Below, piece by piece: positions 10,843 through 23,213 of a DNA stretch of 64,000 nt. Below the pieces are notes generated by a model. That model made no database searches and was not told the DNA's origin. It saw nothing but the letters and a program-made list of their open reading frames with translations. Source of the DNA: an uncultured Chloroflexia bacterium (lineage in GTDB: Bacteria > Chloroflexota > UBA6077 > JACCZL01); the NCBI GenBank assembly GCA_963765765.1, contig CAVXYC010000019.1, positions 32,001 through 96,000 of the forward strand, in the 5' to 3' direction. Each line of letters begins with the position of its first letter. The first letter of the stretch is position 1. A program made the position numbers and the translations under genes.

Positions 10843-10866
10843 GGGCGTATAGAAGGAGGACTCGTC

Positions 10867-11337
10867 ATGGCCGTCTCGAACCCGATCACCCAGACCCGAA
10901 CCGAACCACAGGCCAGCGTATTCAACCTGGCTGGCACACCGCTGCTCTCCAGCGGAATGACTGACTCCGTTGTTGCTAAATCGGACAATCTCGTGGGCCG
11001 CATCAAGGTCTATGCGGAAGGCGGCGAGAACGCGCTCCACTGTCATGCGCACGAGGAGCACGTCTTCCTGGTGCTGGCCGGTCAGGCCACGTTCTATCTC
11101 GGACGCGAGGAGCGACCTCAGGTCGTGGAGAAGTTTCAGGGCGTACACCTGCCCTCGGGCGCTTTCTACCGCTTTCACAGCACGGGCGATGAGAACCTGG
11201 TGATGTTCCGGGTGGGCACTGGCAAAAAAGGGCAGGACGATCGCATGGGTCCCTCTGGCGCCCCATTGCCCGGTCACAGCAAGGAGAACAAGACGACGCC
11301 AGGTGTAGTGGCGCCTGGCAAGGTTTTCACTCCGTAA
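10867..11337 (+). CDS. Cupin domain protein
   Basis: GGENALHCHAHEEHVFLVLAGQATF; LPSGAFYRF; strong RBS. Confidence 0.85.
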   Translation: MAVSNPITQTRTEPQASVFNLAGTPLLSSGMTDSVVAKSDNLVGRIKVYAEGGENALHCHAHEEHVFLVLAGQATFYLGREERPQVVEKFQGVHLPSGAFYRFHSTGDENLVMFRVGTGKKGQDDRMGPSGAPLPGHSKENKTTPGVVAPGKVFTP

Positions 11338-11352
11338 CGCGCGACCCGGCTC

Positions 11353-11437
11353 GTAGTGCGGAACTTATTCCGCCGTCCCCTTCCGATATCGCCTTGCGGA
11401 TGTCCCGGAAGTCGGCGGAATAATTTCCGCACAAACG
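11353..11437. repeat. GTAG-type REP doublet (REPIN-like)
   Basis: GTAGtgcggaacttattccgc ... gcggaataatttccgcacaaac; each unit is internally palindromic. Confidence 0.75.
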
Positions 11438-11499
11438 GGCCATCGCATCTCGACGCGAGTATTGGGGCCGGGGATACGGCCCGTATCAGGAGGAGCCCT

Positions 11500-12724
11500 A
11501 TGACCCGCCGCCCATCGGCTTGGAGCCCTCGTCTCATTCTGCTCAGCGTGGCGTCTGCGCTTATTGTTTCTGCCTGCAGCTCAGGCGGGCAGCAGCCGGC
11601 CGCGCCAGCTAAACAGGAAAGCAAGCCTGCATCGGAAGCGGCGCCAGCCAAGTCGGCGCCCGCCCCTACACAGGCCGCCGCCGCTCCGGCGCAAAAAGCC
11701 GCCGAACCAGCGGCAAAGGTCGCCGAGCCAGCCGCACAGTCCGCATCAGGCGATGCCGCGGTGGCCGATTTCTACCGCGGCAAGACCGTGCAGATCATCG
11801 TGGCCTATGATCCCGGCGGTCTCTATGACACGTGGGCACGCATTTTGAGTCGGCATATGCCCAAGCACATCCCCGGCAATCCGACGGTCATCGTTCAGAA
11901 CATGCCCGGTGCCGGCGGGATGAGGGCCATGAGCCACCTGTACAACGCTGCGCCCCAGGATGGGACGGTGCTGGCGACGTTTTCTGGAGCCCTGCCGATG
12001 AACCAGGCGCGCGGCGAGCCTGGTGTGGATTGGGACGGAGCTAAGTTCAATTGGATCGGTGTCGTCTCACCCACCTACTTCGCTTGCCTGGCACGCTCCG
12101 ATACTCCGAGAGGCGTAGTTGAGTTCAGCAAGCTCCTGAATAACAAGACGTCCAGCCTCTCGTCCTGGGCACCACCGGTACAGGCAACCAGGCCTACGAT
12201 TTTCCGACGCTCTGGTCGCACCTCCTGGGTGGCGACTTTAAGGTGGTCACGGGCTATGGCGGCAATAACGCCGTACGGCTGGCCATCGAGTCTAAGGAGC
12301 TCGACGGCTACTGTGGTACGTGGGAGGCGATGAAGCCGGGCACGCTTTCATGGAAAGACGCAGGCATCCCATTCAACGTGTTCGTCCAGGAAGCGGATGC
12401 CAAGGCGCCAGATCTCAATGCACCCTGGCCCACGATTTCGTGAGCAACGCCGAGGATCGCAAGTTGTTCGACGCGGTGTCGCGCCCCAATGCCATAACGC
12501 GGGCGTACGCCATGGGCCCCGGAGTTCCACCGGAGCGAGTGGCGGCCATCGAGAAAGCGTTCCTGGACTCCTTTAAGGACCCGGCACTTCTGGAAGAAGC
12601 CAAGAAGGGTGATTTCGACGTGGCGCCCCAGGGCGGGAAGTTTGTAGCCGACAGGGTCAAGGCGATCCTGGAGACCGAGCCGGCCGTCCTGCAGCGTATG
12701 AAGGAGCTCATCCCGACCGGTTGA
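11500..12724 (+). CDS. tctC: Tripartite tricarboxylate transporter substrate-binding lipoprotein (Bug/TctC); apparent frameshifts near 12150 and 12425
   Basis: FYRGKTVQIIVAYDPGGLYD, IPGNPTVIVQNMPGAGG, VTGYGG, GPGVPPERVA, FKDPALLEEAKK across three frames. Confidence 0.85.
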
Positions 12725-12878
12725 TTCCCGACAAGGTATTCCGTATTGACGGGCTTCTAACCCGTCCGCGCAGCGATTCACTCTCTACGTGTGCTACGCG
12801 GTCGGGCTAGAAGCCCGTTGCTACGGAGCTGGGACGCCGCAGGGCGTCAGGACCAGGAACGGAGCGCAGACGAGACCC

Positions 12879-14870
12879 ATGGACGCCAATCTCCTTGCAA
12901 GCTTCATCGACGGCTTCTTCAGCGTATTCACCTGGCCCACGTTCGGCTTCCTTCTGATTGGCATCGCCATCGGCTTTGCCGTGGGAATCTTGCCCGGGCT
13001 AGGCGGCGCCGTGACGATGGCGTTGATGCTGCCCTTCACCTTCGACATGAGCCCTGTCGGAGCGTTCGCCTTCCTTCTGGGGATGCTTGCGGTCACCAGT
13101 ACCACCGGTGACATCACCTCCATCCTCTTTGGGGTGCCGGGTGAGGCGTCATCGGCGGCACTAATCATCGATGGGCATCCACTAGCCAAGGATGGGCAAG
13201 CCGGGCGCGCCCTGGGCGCGGCGTTGATCAGCTCGCTCATGGGCGCGGTCGTCGGAGCGTTCGCCATTGTCCTGGCTGTGCCGATCATTCGTCCGCTGGT
13301 GCTCTCCATCGGCACCCCTGAGTTCTTCATGCTGACCGTGCTCGGCATCACATTCATCGCCTCGCTCAGCAACCGGCAGGTGCTCAAGGGACTGGTGGTG
13401 GGCATGGCTGGGCTTCTCCTATCGGCGGTGGGTAAGGATCCGCAGACCAGCGTGGACCGCTACGCCTTCGGTCAGCTCTTCTTATGGGACGGTGTCAGCC
13501 TGGTAGCCATGACCGTGGGCTTGTTTGCCATTCCCGAGCTGGTTGGGCTGGCAGTCAAGGGAACGGCCATTTCGGAGTCGGGCGTGCACAAGCTGGGCGG
13601 TGTGTGGGAAGGGGTGAAGGACTGCTTTCGACACTGGGCGCTCATTCTTCGCTGCAGTGCTCTGGGTACCTTTATTGGCATTCTTCCGGGCGTAGGCGGA
13701 TCGGTGAGCCAGTGGATGGCCTACGCGCACTCCGTCCAGAGCTCGCGTGAGCAGCATCGATTCGGCAAGGGGGCCATTGAAGGCGTCGTGGGGCCGGGTG
13801 CGTGTAACAACTCGAACCTCGGCGGCTCGCTCATTCCAGCTATCGCGTTTGGATTGCCGGGATCAGTGACCATGGCGATCCTGCTGGGCGCATTCATGAT
13901 TCACGGTATCGTGCCCGGACCAGCCATGCTCACCCGCAACTTGAGTCTGACTATGTCGTTCGTGTGGCTGGTGGTGATCTCTAACGTGATCACAGTTGCC
14001 GTCTGCTTTCTGTTCTTGCGCCGCCTCGCCGGCCTCACCATGATTCGCGGAAGCTTGCTGATCCCGACGATCATCCTGCTCATTTACATCGCATCGTTCT
14101 CGGAAAAGAACGCGATGGAAGACGTTTTCATGATGCTGGCTTTCGGGGTGCTGGGCTTGATCATGGCCTGGCTCAAGTGGCCAACGCCGCCACTGATCCT
14201 GGGCTTGGTGCTCGGCCGTCTGGCAGAGGGGTACGTCTTTATCTCCACCGAGCGGTACGGATCGGCCTGGCTGACCCGGCCCGGCGTGATTGGACTGGCG
14301 GTAGTGTGCCTGCTTGTTGTGGCGTTTCCGTTCATCCAGAAACGGATCTGGAATCGAAGGGCGGATGGGGAAGACGAGCAGGCCGCGGAGCTGCTTCCGC
14401 GAGGTCGGGAGCTCCCGGACATCGTCTTTACCGTCATTCTTCTTGCGCTTGCGGCCGGGGCCGTCTGGGGCGCCAGCGCCTGGAGCATGCGCGCGGCGCT
14501 CTTTCCGCGTAGCATGGCACTGGCCATGCTGGCGCTCTCGCTTGCCTTGCTGTTGATGCAGGTAATCCGGCTTGTGCGCGGATCCAGGGCCAACCGGATC
14601 GATGCCCCGAGTGAGACGGTTGTGCATTCGGATGAGCGAGGCCGCGCGCGCTGGCTTGGCATCTGGCTGCTAGGATTCCTGGGCGCTATCCTGGCACTGG
14701 GTTTTCCCATCGGCGGAACGATCGCCACGCTTGGCTATCTCCGTACCTATGGCCGCGAGGCGTGGGTGCCCAGCATCATCGTCACCGCCATCGTCGCGGC
14801 CTTCTTCGGAATTACCGTTTACGGCCTGCACCTGCCGTACCCGGCGGGGCTGATCAAACTCCCTACCTGA
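12879..14870 (+). CDS. tctA: TTT permease TctA with fused C-terminal TctB-like domain
   Basis: GILPGLGG, SILFGVPGE, DGHPLAKDG, GILPGVGG, PPLILGLVLG; extra ~150 aa with ~4 TM, LFPR motif and ending LHLPYPAGLI. Confidence 0.88.
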   Translation: MDANLLASFIDGFFSVFTWPTFGFLLIGIAIGFAVGILPGLGGAVTMALMLPFTFDMSPVGAFAFLLGMLAVTSTTGDITSILFGVPGEASSAALIIDGHPLAKDGQAGRALGAALISSLMGAVVGAFAIVLAVPIIRPLVLSIGTPEFFMLTVLGITFIASLSNRQVLKGLVVGMAGLLLSAVGKDPQTSVDRYAFGQLFLWDGVSLVAMTVGLFAIPELVGLAVKGTAISESGVHKLGGVWEGVKDCFRHWALILRCSALGTFIGILPGVGGSVSQWMAYAHSVQSSREQHRFGKGAIEGVVGPGACNNSNLGGSLIPAIAFGLPGSVTMAILLGAFMIHGIVPGPAMLTRNLSLTMSFVWLVVISNVITVAVCFLFLRRLAGLTMIRGSLLIPTIILLIYIASFSEKNAMEDVFMMLAFGVLGLIMAWLKWPTPPLILGLVLGRLAEGYVFISTERYGSAWLTRPGVIGLAVVCLLVVAFPFIQKRIWNRRADGEDEQAAELLPRGRELPDIVFTVILLALAAGAVWGASAWSMRAALFPRSMALAMLALSLALLLMQVIRLVRGSRANRIDAPSETVVHSDERGRARWLGIWLLGFLGAILALGFPIGGTIATLGYLRTYGREAWVPSIIVTAIVAAFFGITVYGLHLPYPAGLIKLPT

Positions 14871-14969
14871 GATGCTTGGCGCTTCTGGACTGCGTGCAGT
14901 TAGCCCCGCTCCGGGCACCCTATGATTCATCAACATTCCGAGATGAGTGCCTAGCCCGCGGAGCCCACC

Positions 14970-17900
14970 ATGCAGCACCTCGATCGCCCGGTCGTCTGCC
15001 CCGTCTTGATCGGTCGCGCGCCGCACCTCGAAGTCCTCGAGCGCTATCTAAAGCAGGCCGTCGAGAATCGAGGTCAGACGCTGCTCATCGCCGGGGAGGC
15101 GGGTGTCGGCAAGTCGCGGCTTCGTGGCCGAGGCGCGGGAGCGGGCCGCGCGACTCGGTATGGCGGTCCTGGAGGGCCACTGCTTCGAGTCGCACCGGTC
15201 CCTCCCGTACGCGCCGCTGATCGACCTGCTCCGCTCGGCGGCGCCTGGTGACCGACCGGCCGGCTCGTCGACGGAACAGCTCGTCGAGGCGATCGGGCCT
15301 GGCACGCTCGAGCTGGTCAGGATTCTGCCGGAGCTGACGCCGCTGGTACCCGTGCCACGCCCCCGCGCTGGCGGCGGAGCAATCCGAGCAGGAGAAGCAT
15401 CGCTCTTCCGCGCCCTGTCTGACGGCGTGCGTGCGGCTTGCCGCCGCCCGGCCCGCGCTGGTGATCGTCGAGGATGCGCACTGGAGCGACGACGCGAGCC
15501 TGGACTTCCTGGCAGACCTGGCGCGCCAGATCGCCGCGCTCCCGATTCTCCTCCTGGTCACCTATCGCGACGATGAGGTCTCGCCCGCCCTATCGAAGCT
15601 CCTGGCCGGAGCTTGACCGGCAGCGGCTGGCAGTCGAGCTGCGCCTGGCGCGCCTGGATCGCGCCGAGGTGGACGAGATGCTGCGGGCTATCTGCGGCTT
15701 GGAGCGCCCGGTCCGCCCCGCATTCGTCCGACGCCATGTTCTCCCTGACGGACGGGAACCCGTTCTTCATCGAGGAAGTGCTGCGATCTCTCGTCGCGAC
15801 GGGCGACATCGAGGTCTCGGCGACCGATGGCGTATGGGACCACCGACCGATCGGCCAGCTCCAGAGTCCCGCGCTCGGTGCGGGACGCGGTCGAACGGCG
15901 CACGGCGCAGTTGAGCGCTGCTGGGCGACACACGCTGTCACTGGCGGCCGTGGCCGGCCAGCGCTTCGACGTCGAGCTTCTCAAAGCGCTGACCGGAGCC
16001 GACGAGTCCGAGCTCCTGCAGTCGATCAAGGAGCTGCTCGCCGCCGGGCTGGTCATCGAGGAGTCCGCCGACCGGTTCGCGTTCCGCCACGCGCTCACGC
16101 GCGAGGCGGTCCGCGCGGGCCTGCTGGCCCGCGAGCGGAAGGCGCTCCACCGGGCGATCGCCGAAGCGCATCGAGCGGGTCCATGGCCCGTCACCGACCG
16201 CTCGCTCGAGGCGCATGTCGCGGACCTTGCCTACCACTTCTACGAAGCGGAGGTCTGGGACAGGGCGCTGCTGTATGCGCCGCGCGCAGGCGAGCAGGCC
16301 CAGGCGCTCTATGCGCCGCGCGCGGCGGTGGAGCACTTCACGCGCGCGCTGGAGGCGGCACGGCGACTCGGCGTCGAGCCGCCGTCGGATCTCCTCCGCG
16401 CACGGGGCCAGGCGTACGAGACGCTGGGGGAGTTCGAGTCGGCCCGCGCTGACTTCGAGGCCGTCCTGGAGCAGGCGCGCGCCGCGGGCGACCAGCACAC
16501 GGAATGGCAGGCGCTCGTCGACCTCGGCGCCGCCTGGATGGGGCGCAGCTACGAGCGCGGCGGAGAGTACTACCGATCGGCATTGGAGCTGGCGCGACAG
16601 ATCGGCGAGCGCGATCCGCGCCCCGCTCGCCCGCACCCTCAACTGCGTCGGCAACTGGCACACGAACCTCGAGCAGCCGGCCCAGGCGGTGACCATCACC
16701 GCGAGGCGCTGACGCTCTTCCAGCGCGGTGGACGATCGGCGCGGTGTCGCCGAGACGCTGGATCATCTCGGGATGGCCTGCTTCCTGGGCGGCGATCTCA
16801 TCGAGGCCACCGAGCATTTCGAGCAGGCGTGGCGCTCTTGCGCGAGCTCGACCATCGCCACGGGCTCGCATCGGCGCTGGCGACGCTGGCGATCGCGAGC
16901 GGAGGCGGCCACTTCGGGGACCTCATGGTGGTGCCGACGACGACTTCGGTCGCTCGCGGCGCGACGCCGAGGCGGCGCTCGAGATCGCGCGCGACATCGG
17001 GTGGCGTGCCGGCGAGGCGTACGCCCTGAACTGCGTCGCCAACACCTGCCTCGCAACGGGCGCCTACACCCGCGTCGCGGCGGCGGCGCGCAGCAGCGCT
17101 GCGCCTTGCCGAAGAGCTCGAGCACTCGCGAATGGATCGTCTACGCCGTATGCACACTGGGGACGCTGTACCTCGACCTGCTAGCGACGTCGGACGCTCG
17201 GGCGCAGTACGACCGAGCGGTCGCGCGTTGCCACGAAGACCGCGTCGCGCTACTGGATGCGCTTCTCGTCGGCGCTCGCCGCGCTGGCCTGCGTCGAGCA
17301 GGGCGACTGGGCGCGGGCGGAATCGCTGCTGGAGGGGTTGGTCGAACTCACCCGCCCCGCGCAGACCTGGGCCGAGCGTGCGATCTGGTACGCCCACGCC
17401 CGGCTGGCGCTCGCCCGGGGCGATCCCGCCACGGCGCTGCGGCTGGCGGACGAGCTGATCGCCTCGCGAGCCGAACGCGACACAGGACCGCCCGATGCGC
17501 CGCCTGACCTACCTGCGCGGCGAGGCGCTGGCGGCGCTCGGGCGGCTGGCCGAGGCAGAGGCTGCGCTGCTGGCCGCCCGGCGAGCGGCGACCGAACAAG
17601 GCGCGCGACCGCTGCTCTGGCGGATCGAGGCCGCTCTCGGTCGGGTTCAGTGGCCGAGCAGGGGCGACGGCGCGGAGGCCGAAGCCGCGTTCGCGGCGGC
17701 GCGCCCGTCGTGGAAGGGCTCGCCGCCGGAGGTGCCGGACCCGACCCTGCGCGCAGGACTTTCTGAGGAGCGCGACCGACCTCGTTGCCGCGGCCGCGCC
17801 GCTCACACCGCGCCAGGCTGCCAAGGAGGCCTTCGGCGGGCTGACCGCGCGCGAGTGCGACGTGGCGGCGCTCGTCGGCCGGGGCAAGTCGAACCGAGAG

Positions 17901-18218
17901 ATCGCCGCCGCCCTCGTTCTCGGCGAGCGGACCGTCCAGACCCACGTCGGCCACATCCTCGGCAAGCTCGGCTTCACCTCGCGCGCCCAGATCGCCGCCT
18001 GGGCCGCGGAACGCGGCCTGGCGAGCGACCACGGAGACCGACACGGTGTAGCCACAGCGGCGGGTCCCAGATCCGTTCGATATCACGGCGCCACCGCTCC
18101 GGCGATGCCGGCTCGGCACCCGAGCGGGTCGGGCTGGAAACGACGCGCTGAATGGGTCCGGTATTGTCCGCATGGCGCAAATCTCCGTATGGTCGGATCG
18201 AAGATTCCGCCGATCTGA
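14970..18218 (+). CDS. LuxR-family large ATP-binding regulator (AAA_16 + TPR + LuxR HTH), multiply frameshifted; end approximate
   Basis: GEAGVGKSR, IVEDAHWSD, TDGNPFFIEE, FRHALTREA, GKSNREIAAALVLGERTVQTHVGHILGKLG across successive frames. Confidence 0.85.
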
Positions 18219-18301
18219 CGATGGCGCGTGGCCGTCGGCCGGGTGAAGATGGAGCGTCGGTCGGGCCACAACAAATCCCACCCCGGCCGCGGGAGGCAGA
18301 G

Positions 18302-19389
18302 ATGACTATCAAGGAGAAGACACCGGTCGGCACGGATGACGCCGATCGACGAGACGAAGCTCAACGCGTTTCTCGCGAAGGTCCTCGACGACTGGGGTGC
18401 GGTCTCGAGCGCCCCGCTGGTGATGATCGGCGACAGGCTCGGCCTGTACGACGCGATGGCCAGGCCGGCCCAGTGACTCTCGGAGGAGCTGGCGCAGCCA
18501 GACCGGGACCTACGAGCGATATGTCCGCGAGTGGCTGCTCAACCAGGCGGCCGGCGGCTACGTCGAGTACGACCCGACGAGCGGCCGTTACACGCTGCCA
18601 CCCGAGCACGCGGCGTTGCTCTCCCAGCCTGTTCGGCGGGTTCCAGACGTACCTGGCGGCGGCCAGGGCCGAAGTCGCGCATCGCGGAGGCATTCCGGAC
18701 TGGCGAGGGATGCCTGGGGCGAGCACGACGCCGAGCGTCTTCGTGGGGTCGAGCGCTTCTTCCGTCCCGGCTACGAGCAGTTCCTCGTCTCGTCCTGGAT
18801 CCCGGCCCTTGATGGCGTCGCCGACGAAGCTGGAGCAGGGCGCGACGGTGGCCGACGTCGGATGCGGACACGGGGCCTCCACGATCATCCTGGCCCAGGC
18901 TTATCCGACACTCGCGGTTCGTCGGCTTCGACAACCACGAAGCCTCGATCGAAGCCGCGCGGCGGGCAGCGACCGAGGCTGGCGTCAGTGATCGCGCCTC
19001 GTTCGAGGTCGTCTCGGCGACCGACTATCCGACCCCGCTCAGCGGCTACGACCTGATCGCCTTCTTCGATTGCTTGCACGACCTCGGGGATCCGGTTGGA
19101 GTCCAGCCAGAGCACGCCTGTCAGGCGCTGGCGACCGGAGGGACGGTGATGATCGTCGAGCCGATGGCCGGCGAGCGCGTCGAGGACAACCTGAACCCGC
19201 TCGGCCGCGCACTCTCGGGCGCGTCCACGATGCTCTGCACGCCCCATTCGCGCGCCACCGGAGGTCCGGCCCTGGGCGCCCTCGCCAGCGAGGCCCGGTT
19301 GCGTGAGGTCGTCACCGCCGGCGGCTTCGGCACCGTTCCGGCGAGCCACCGAGACGCCGTTCAATCGGGTCTTCGAGGCTCGAAGGTAG
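18302..19389 (+). CDS. Class I SAM-dependent methyltransferase with N-terminal HTH (Rv2258c-like), frameshifted
   Basis: IGDRLGLY, REWLLNQAAGGY, VADVGCGHGAS, FFDCLHDLGDP, ETPFNRVFEAR. Confidence 0.85.
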
Positions 19390-19553
19390 GCGCCTGGCCA
19401 GCGTCTACGGTGGCATTGCACGCGCCCAGGGCCGAATCCATGGGACGACTCCAGCCCGAGCAGAGCGTCGACCGATTCGGAGGAAGGCCATGGTGAGAGA
19501 AGCAGTATCTGACTGTGATGACGCAAGCCTACGTCTGGCGGGAGGTAACCACG

Positions 19554-20435
19554 ATGGCAAGAACTCAGCCGTTGAAACTCATGGCGATACTTCGCCCACC
19601 CCGATGACGAGTCGCTCGGCGTCGGCGGCACGTTGGCGACGTACGCCGCGGAAGGGATCGAGACCTACCTGGTCACGGCGACGCGCGGCGAGCGCGGCTG
19701 GGTCGGCGAGCCGGACGCCAACCCGGGACCACGGGCGCTCGGTGAGATCCGCGAGCGCGAGCTGCGCGCCGCGGCCGCGGTGCTGGGCATCAGGCACCTG
19801 GACATTCTCGACTACGTCGACGGAGAGCTCGACCAGGCCGACTCTGGCGGAGATTACGGCGAAGCTCGTCGGGATCGTTCGTCGCGTACGGCCCGATGTC
19901 GTCATCACGTTCGGTCCGGAAGGGGCCTACGGGCATCCGGACCACATCGCGATCTCTCAGTTCACGACCGCGGCGCTCGTGTGTGCCACCGACTCCAGTT
20001 ACATGGATGAGGTCGGCGGCGACCCGACAGCACCGCGTCGCGAAGCTTTACTACAAGATCTGGACAGCGGAAGAGGGGGCGGTTTTCGAGGCCGCCTTTG
20101 GCGACATCGTGATGCTGGTGGATGGCGCGGAGCGTCATGCGATTGCCTGGCCGGAATGGTCGATCACAACGCGGATCGATACCGCTGAGTAGTGGCATAC
20201 CTGCTGGCAGGCTATCTCCTGCCATCGAAGTCAGCTCCGCGTCTACGACGACCTTCTCGCTTTGCCGGAAGAGCAGCATCGAACACTCTGGGGGAATCAG
20301 GGTTTCGCTCGAGCGTTCAGTCTGGTGAACGGCGGTCGCGCCGTGGAGCGCGACCTATTCGAGGGACTCCGGGTCGGCCAGCCCACCACTCATCGGCGGA
20401 AGCGATCCGTGGTGGCGGCCTCAAGAGGCAACTGA
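19554..20435 (+). CDS. PIG-L/LmbE family deacetylase, frameshifted
   Basis: FAHPDDES, TATRGERG, RERELRAAAAVLG, ITFGPEGAYGHPDH. Confidence 0.85.
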
Positions 20436-20479
20436 GCGTGAGATCGCAGAACGGACGGTTCCGCCAGATCGCGATCCCA

Positions 20480-20506
20480 TGAAGCTCCCGACGGCCGGGA
20501 GCTTCA
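20480..20506. terminator. Hairpin after the deacetylase gene
   Basis: tgaagctcccg / cgggagcttca; weak U tract. Confidence 0.45.
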
Positions 20507-20712
20507 CCTATTTCAAGGGTCCAGAACAGGGTCTCGAAGTCATGCGCTGATGAAGGCGTCACGATTTGAACCCTTGATGCACTCGGTCCCCCGAAGCAAT
20601 CGTCTAGGGTAGCCGCTCTGAATTCACGAGTCCCATTCCTTCACAGCCACGCCTGCCGGGCCTATAGTGCTGAGAGCGTCGATGCGGATTCCTCAAGGCG
20701 GGAGGAGCGGCC

Positions 20713-21760
20713 ATGGAGTTCGGTGTCTTTCATGAGTTCCCCTGGCGGCAGGGCCAGGATGAGGCGAGTGCGTTCGAGGAAGCGTTCGACCTCGTCGACG
20801 CCTGCGAATCCTGGGGCCTGGATGTGCTCTGGCTGGCGGAGCTGCACTTCGAGACACGCTCGGTGCTGGCCTCACCGCTCACCATCGCCAGCGCTATAGC
20901 CGCCCGCACCAAACGCATGAAGATCGGTCTAGCCGTGCAGGTGCTGCCGCTGTGCGATCCGCTGCGGCTGGCCGAGGAGTCGGCCGTAGTCGATCAGATC
21001 AGCCGCGGCCGATTGATTTTCGGCGTCGGCCGAAGTGGCTTCCAGCGCGTCTACAAGGCGTACGGCATTCCCTATGAGGAGAGCCGCGACCGCTTCGCCG
21101 AGACGCTCGAGATCGTGCTCAAGGCCTGGACCCAGGAGACGTTCTCCCACGAGGGGCACTACAAACAGTACAAGGACGTCCGCCTCACCCCCAAGCCCTT
21201 TCAGAAGCCCCACCCGCCGGTCCGCATCGCCGCCACCTCACCGGACACGTATCCGGTGATAGGCCAGCAGGGCTACCCGATCTTCGTCGGCGTCCGATTG
21301 GGCACGTTCTCCGACCTGCATTCCGATATCCAGGCCTATCAGATGGCCTATCGCGAGCATGGCCACGGCGAGAAAGGCCAGGTGTTCCTGCGGGTGCCCG
21401 TGTACGTGGCGGAGACTATGGATCAGGCCATCGCCGAGCCGGAAGAGAGCATCATGATGGTCTACAAGCGCCTGGCCGCCCAGGCCGCCGCAAGCACTGC
21501 TGGCCCGCTGACCGGCACCGCCCGGCGAGCGGGACAACGTGCGAGCGCATCTGGCCCAGGTGACCTATGAAGAGGCTCTGCAGGACAAGGTGGTAGTGGG
21601 CACGCCTGATTCCGTGACGGCCCGCCTCCAGGAGCTACGCGACGAGCTTGGTCTGGACGGGGTCTTGTTCGAGCCGAACTCGGGCGGCATGATCCCCTAC
21701 GAGAAGGTCAAGCGCTCGATGCGGTTGCTATGTGAGGAAGTCATTCCGCGTCTGCGCTAG
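20713..21760 (+). CDS. Luciferase-like (LLM) flavin-dependent oxidoreductase; frameshift near 21535
   Basis: LWLAELHF, DPLRLAEE, ISRGRLIFGVGR, PKPFQKPHPP; C-terminus VGTPDSV...EEVIPRLR in ORF 21539..21760. Confidence 0.9.
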
Positions 21761-21785
21761 GTTGTCGATCTCAGCACCGGCTTCG

Positions 21786-21828
21786 GCATGAAACTCCCGG
21801 CGACGGATCGTCGGCGGGAGTTTCATGC
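21786..21828. terminator. Hairpin after the LLM gene, overlapping the next start codon
   Basis: gcatgaaactcccg / cgggagtttcatgc. Confidence 0.55.
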
Positions 21829-22160
21829 TTCACCGCACGCAACTGCTTACTGGAGCCTGAGCAGCACGAGGCATTGTCCGAGATAGCCCGACAGGAGTGC
21901 CGCGGCATCTCGCAGATCGTGCGACAACTTGTTCAGCAGGAGATCGAGCGTCGCGACATCGGGCGAGCCTAGGTTCGCGAGCGGGGACTCGAGGCGATTC
22001 GTCGAATTAGAGCGATTGCGGCGGCCCACTCGTGTGAGCTGGTTCAAGACTACGACGCGGCTCTCGAGCTGGATCGAATGCGGGGAGAACGAGACGACGA
22101 GATCTGGCGAGCCGTGCATGATCGTGATTGATGCCAGCATCACTCTGCCATTGCAGATCT
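21825..22160 (+). pseudogene. Degraded RHH antitoxin + truncated VapC/PIN toxin N-terminus
   Basis: MLHRTQL/LLEPEQHEALSEIARQE..ISQIVRQLV with internal TAG near 21969; overlapping ATG at 22118 reads MIVIDASITLPL then loses similarity. Confidence 0.6.
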
Positions 22161-22226
22161 CTCGTCGACATCGAAAACCGGCTATTCTAGGCATGCAGAC
22201 CGACCGTCGCAGAGGAGCGTCCCCGA

Positions 22227-23182
22227 ATGATGATCATCGATTCCCAGGTCCACGCGTACGATGCGAACACACCGCAACGGCCGTGGAAGACCAAGCCGAA
22301 CTGGCAGGATCACGTCACCGGCGATGAGATGGTCGCCGCGATGGACGAGCTTGGCATCGACGGTGCGATTTTCATCTCCGCGTTCTCGATCTACGGCTAT
22401 GACTCCAGCTACGCGGTCGAGGTGCAGCAAAAGCACCCCGATCGCTTCGGTATCGTCAAGCCGGTCGATCCGGATGATCCGAACGTGGAGGACGTGATCG
22501 CGGACTGGAAGGGGACACCGGGAGCGGTGGGTGTCCGCATTATGGTCACGAAGGATCCCGGGACGCGACCGGGACCCGGCCGATCCCGGCTTCGACCGCA
22601 TACTGCGTGCGGCCGTCAAGCACGATTTCCCGGTCAACTTTCTGTTCTGGGGCAATCTCGACGCGGGTACCCAGATCATCGACCGCCACCCCGACGTGCG
22701 ATTCATCATCGACCACCTTGCCATCCTGCAGCCGCGCGTGCCCGGGCACTCCGCCGGAGCCCTGGGCGGACCTGCCGAAGGTCCTCGAGCTCGCGAAGCG
22801 CGAGAACGCGGTGATCAAGGTGAGCGGTGCCTGCACGCTCTCGAAAGAGCCGTATCCGTTTGCGGACATCTGGGACCCGCTCGCACGCGTCTTCGACGCG
22901 TGGGGTTTCGAGCGCTGTCTCTGGGGTACGGACTGGACACGCGCGTTCGCGGTCGTCAATTACGAACAGGCGGTAAAGCCGTTCCTGGAAACGGACCGCC
23001 TCAGTGAAAGCGAGCGCGCGATGCTGATGGGCGGCGCAACTGCGAAAGCCTACGGCTGGTCGCCGAAGAACAGTAGCACGCGGCGCAGCGTGATCTACCC
23101 GGAGCGGCGAAGTGCTGTACACGCCACCTGGCCGACATCGCGGGCGTTCTCCGCGCCATGGTGGCGCACAAGAGGGTTCTGA
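22227..23182 (+). CDS. Amidohydrolase-2 family (lactonase-like), frameshifted; end approximate
   Basis: IIDSQVHAY, YGYDSSY, RFIIDHLA, IKVSGA, CLWGTDWTR across three frames. Confidence 0.85.
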
Positions 23183-23213
23183 ACGGAGTGAATCCATCAA
23201 GTGGGGCTAACGC

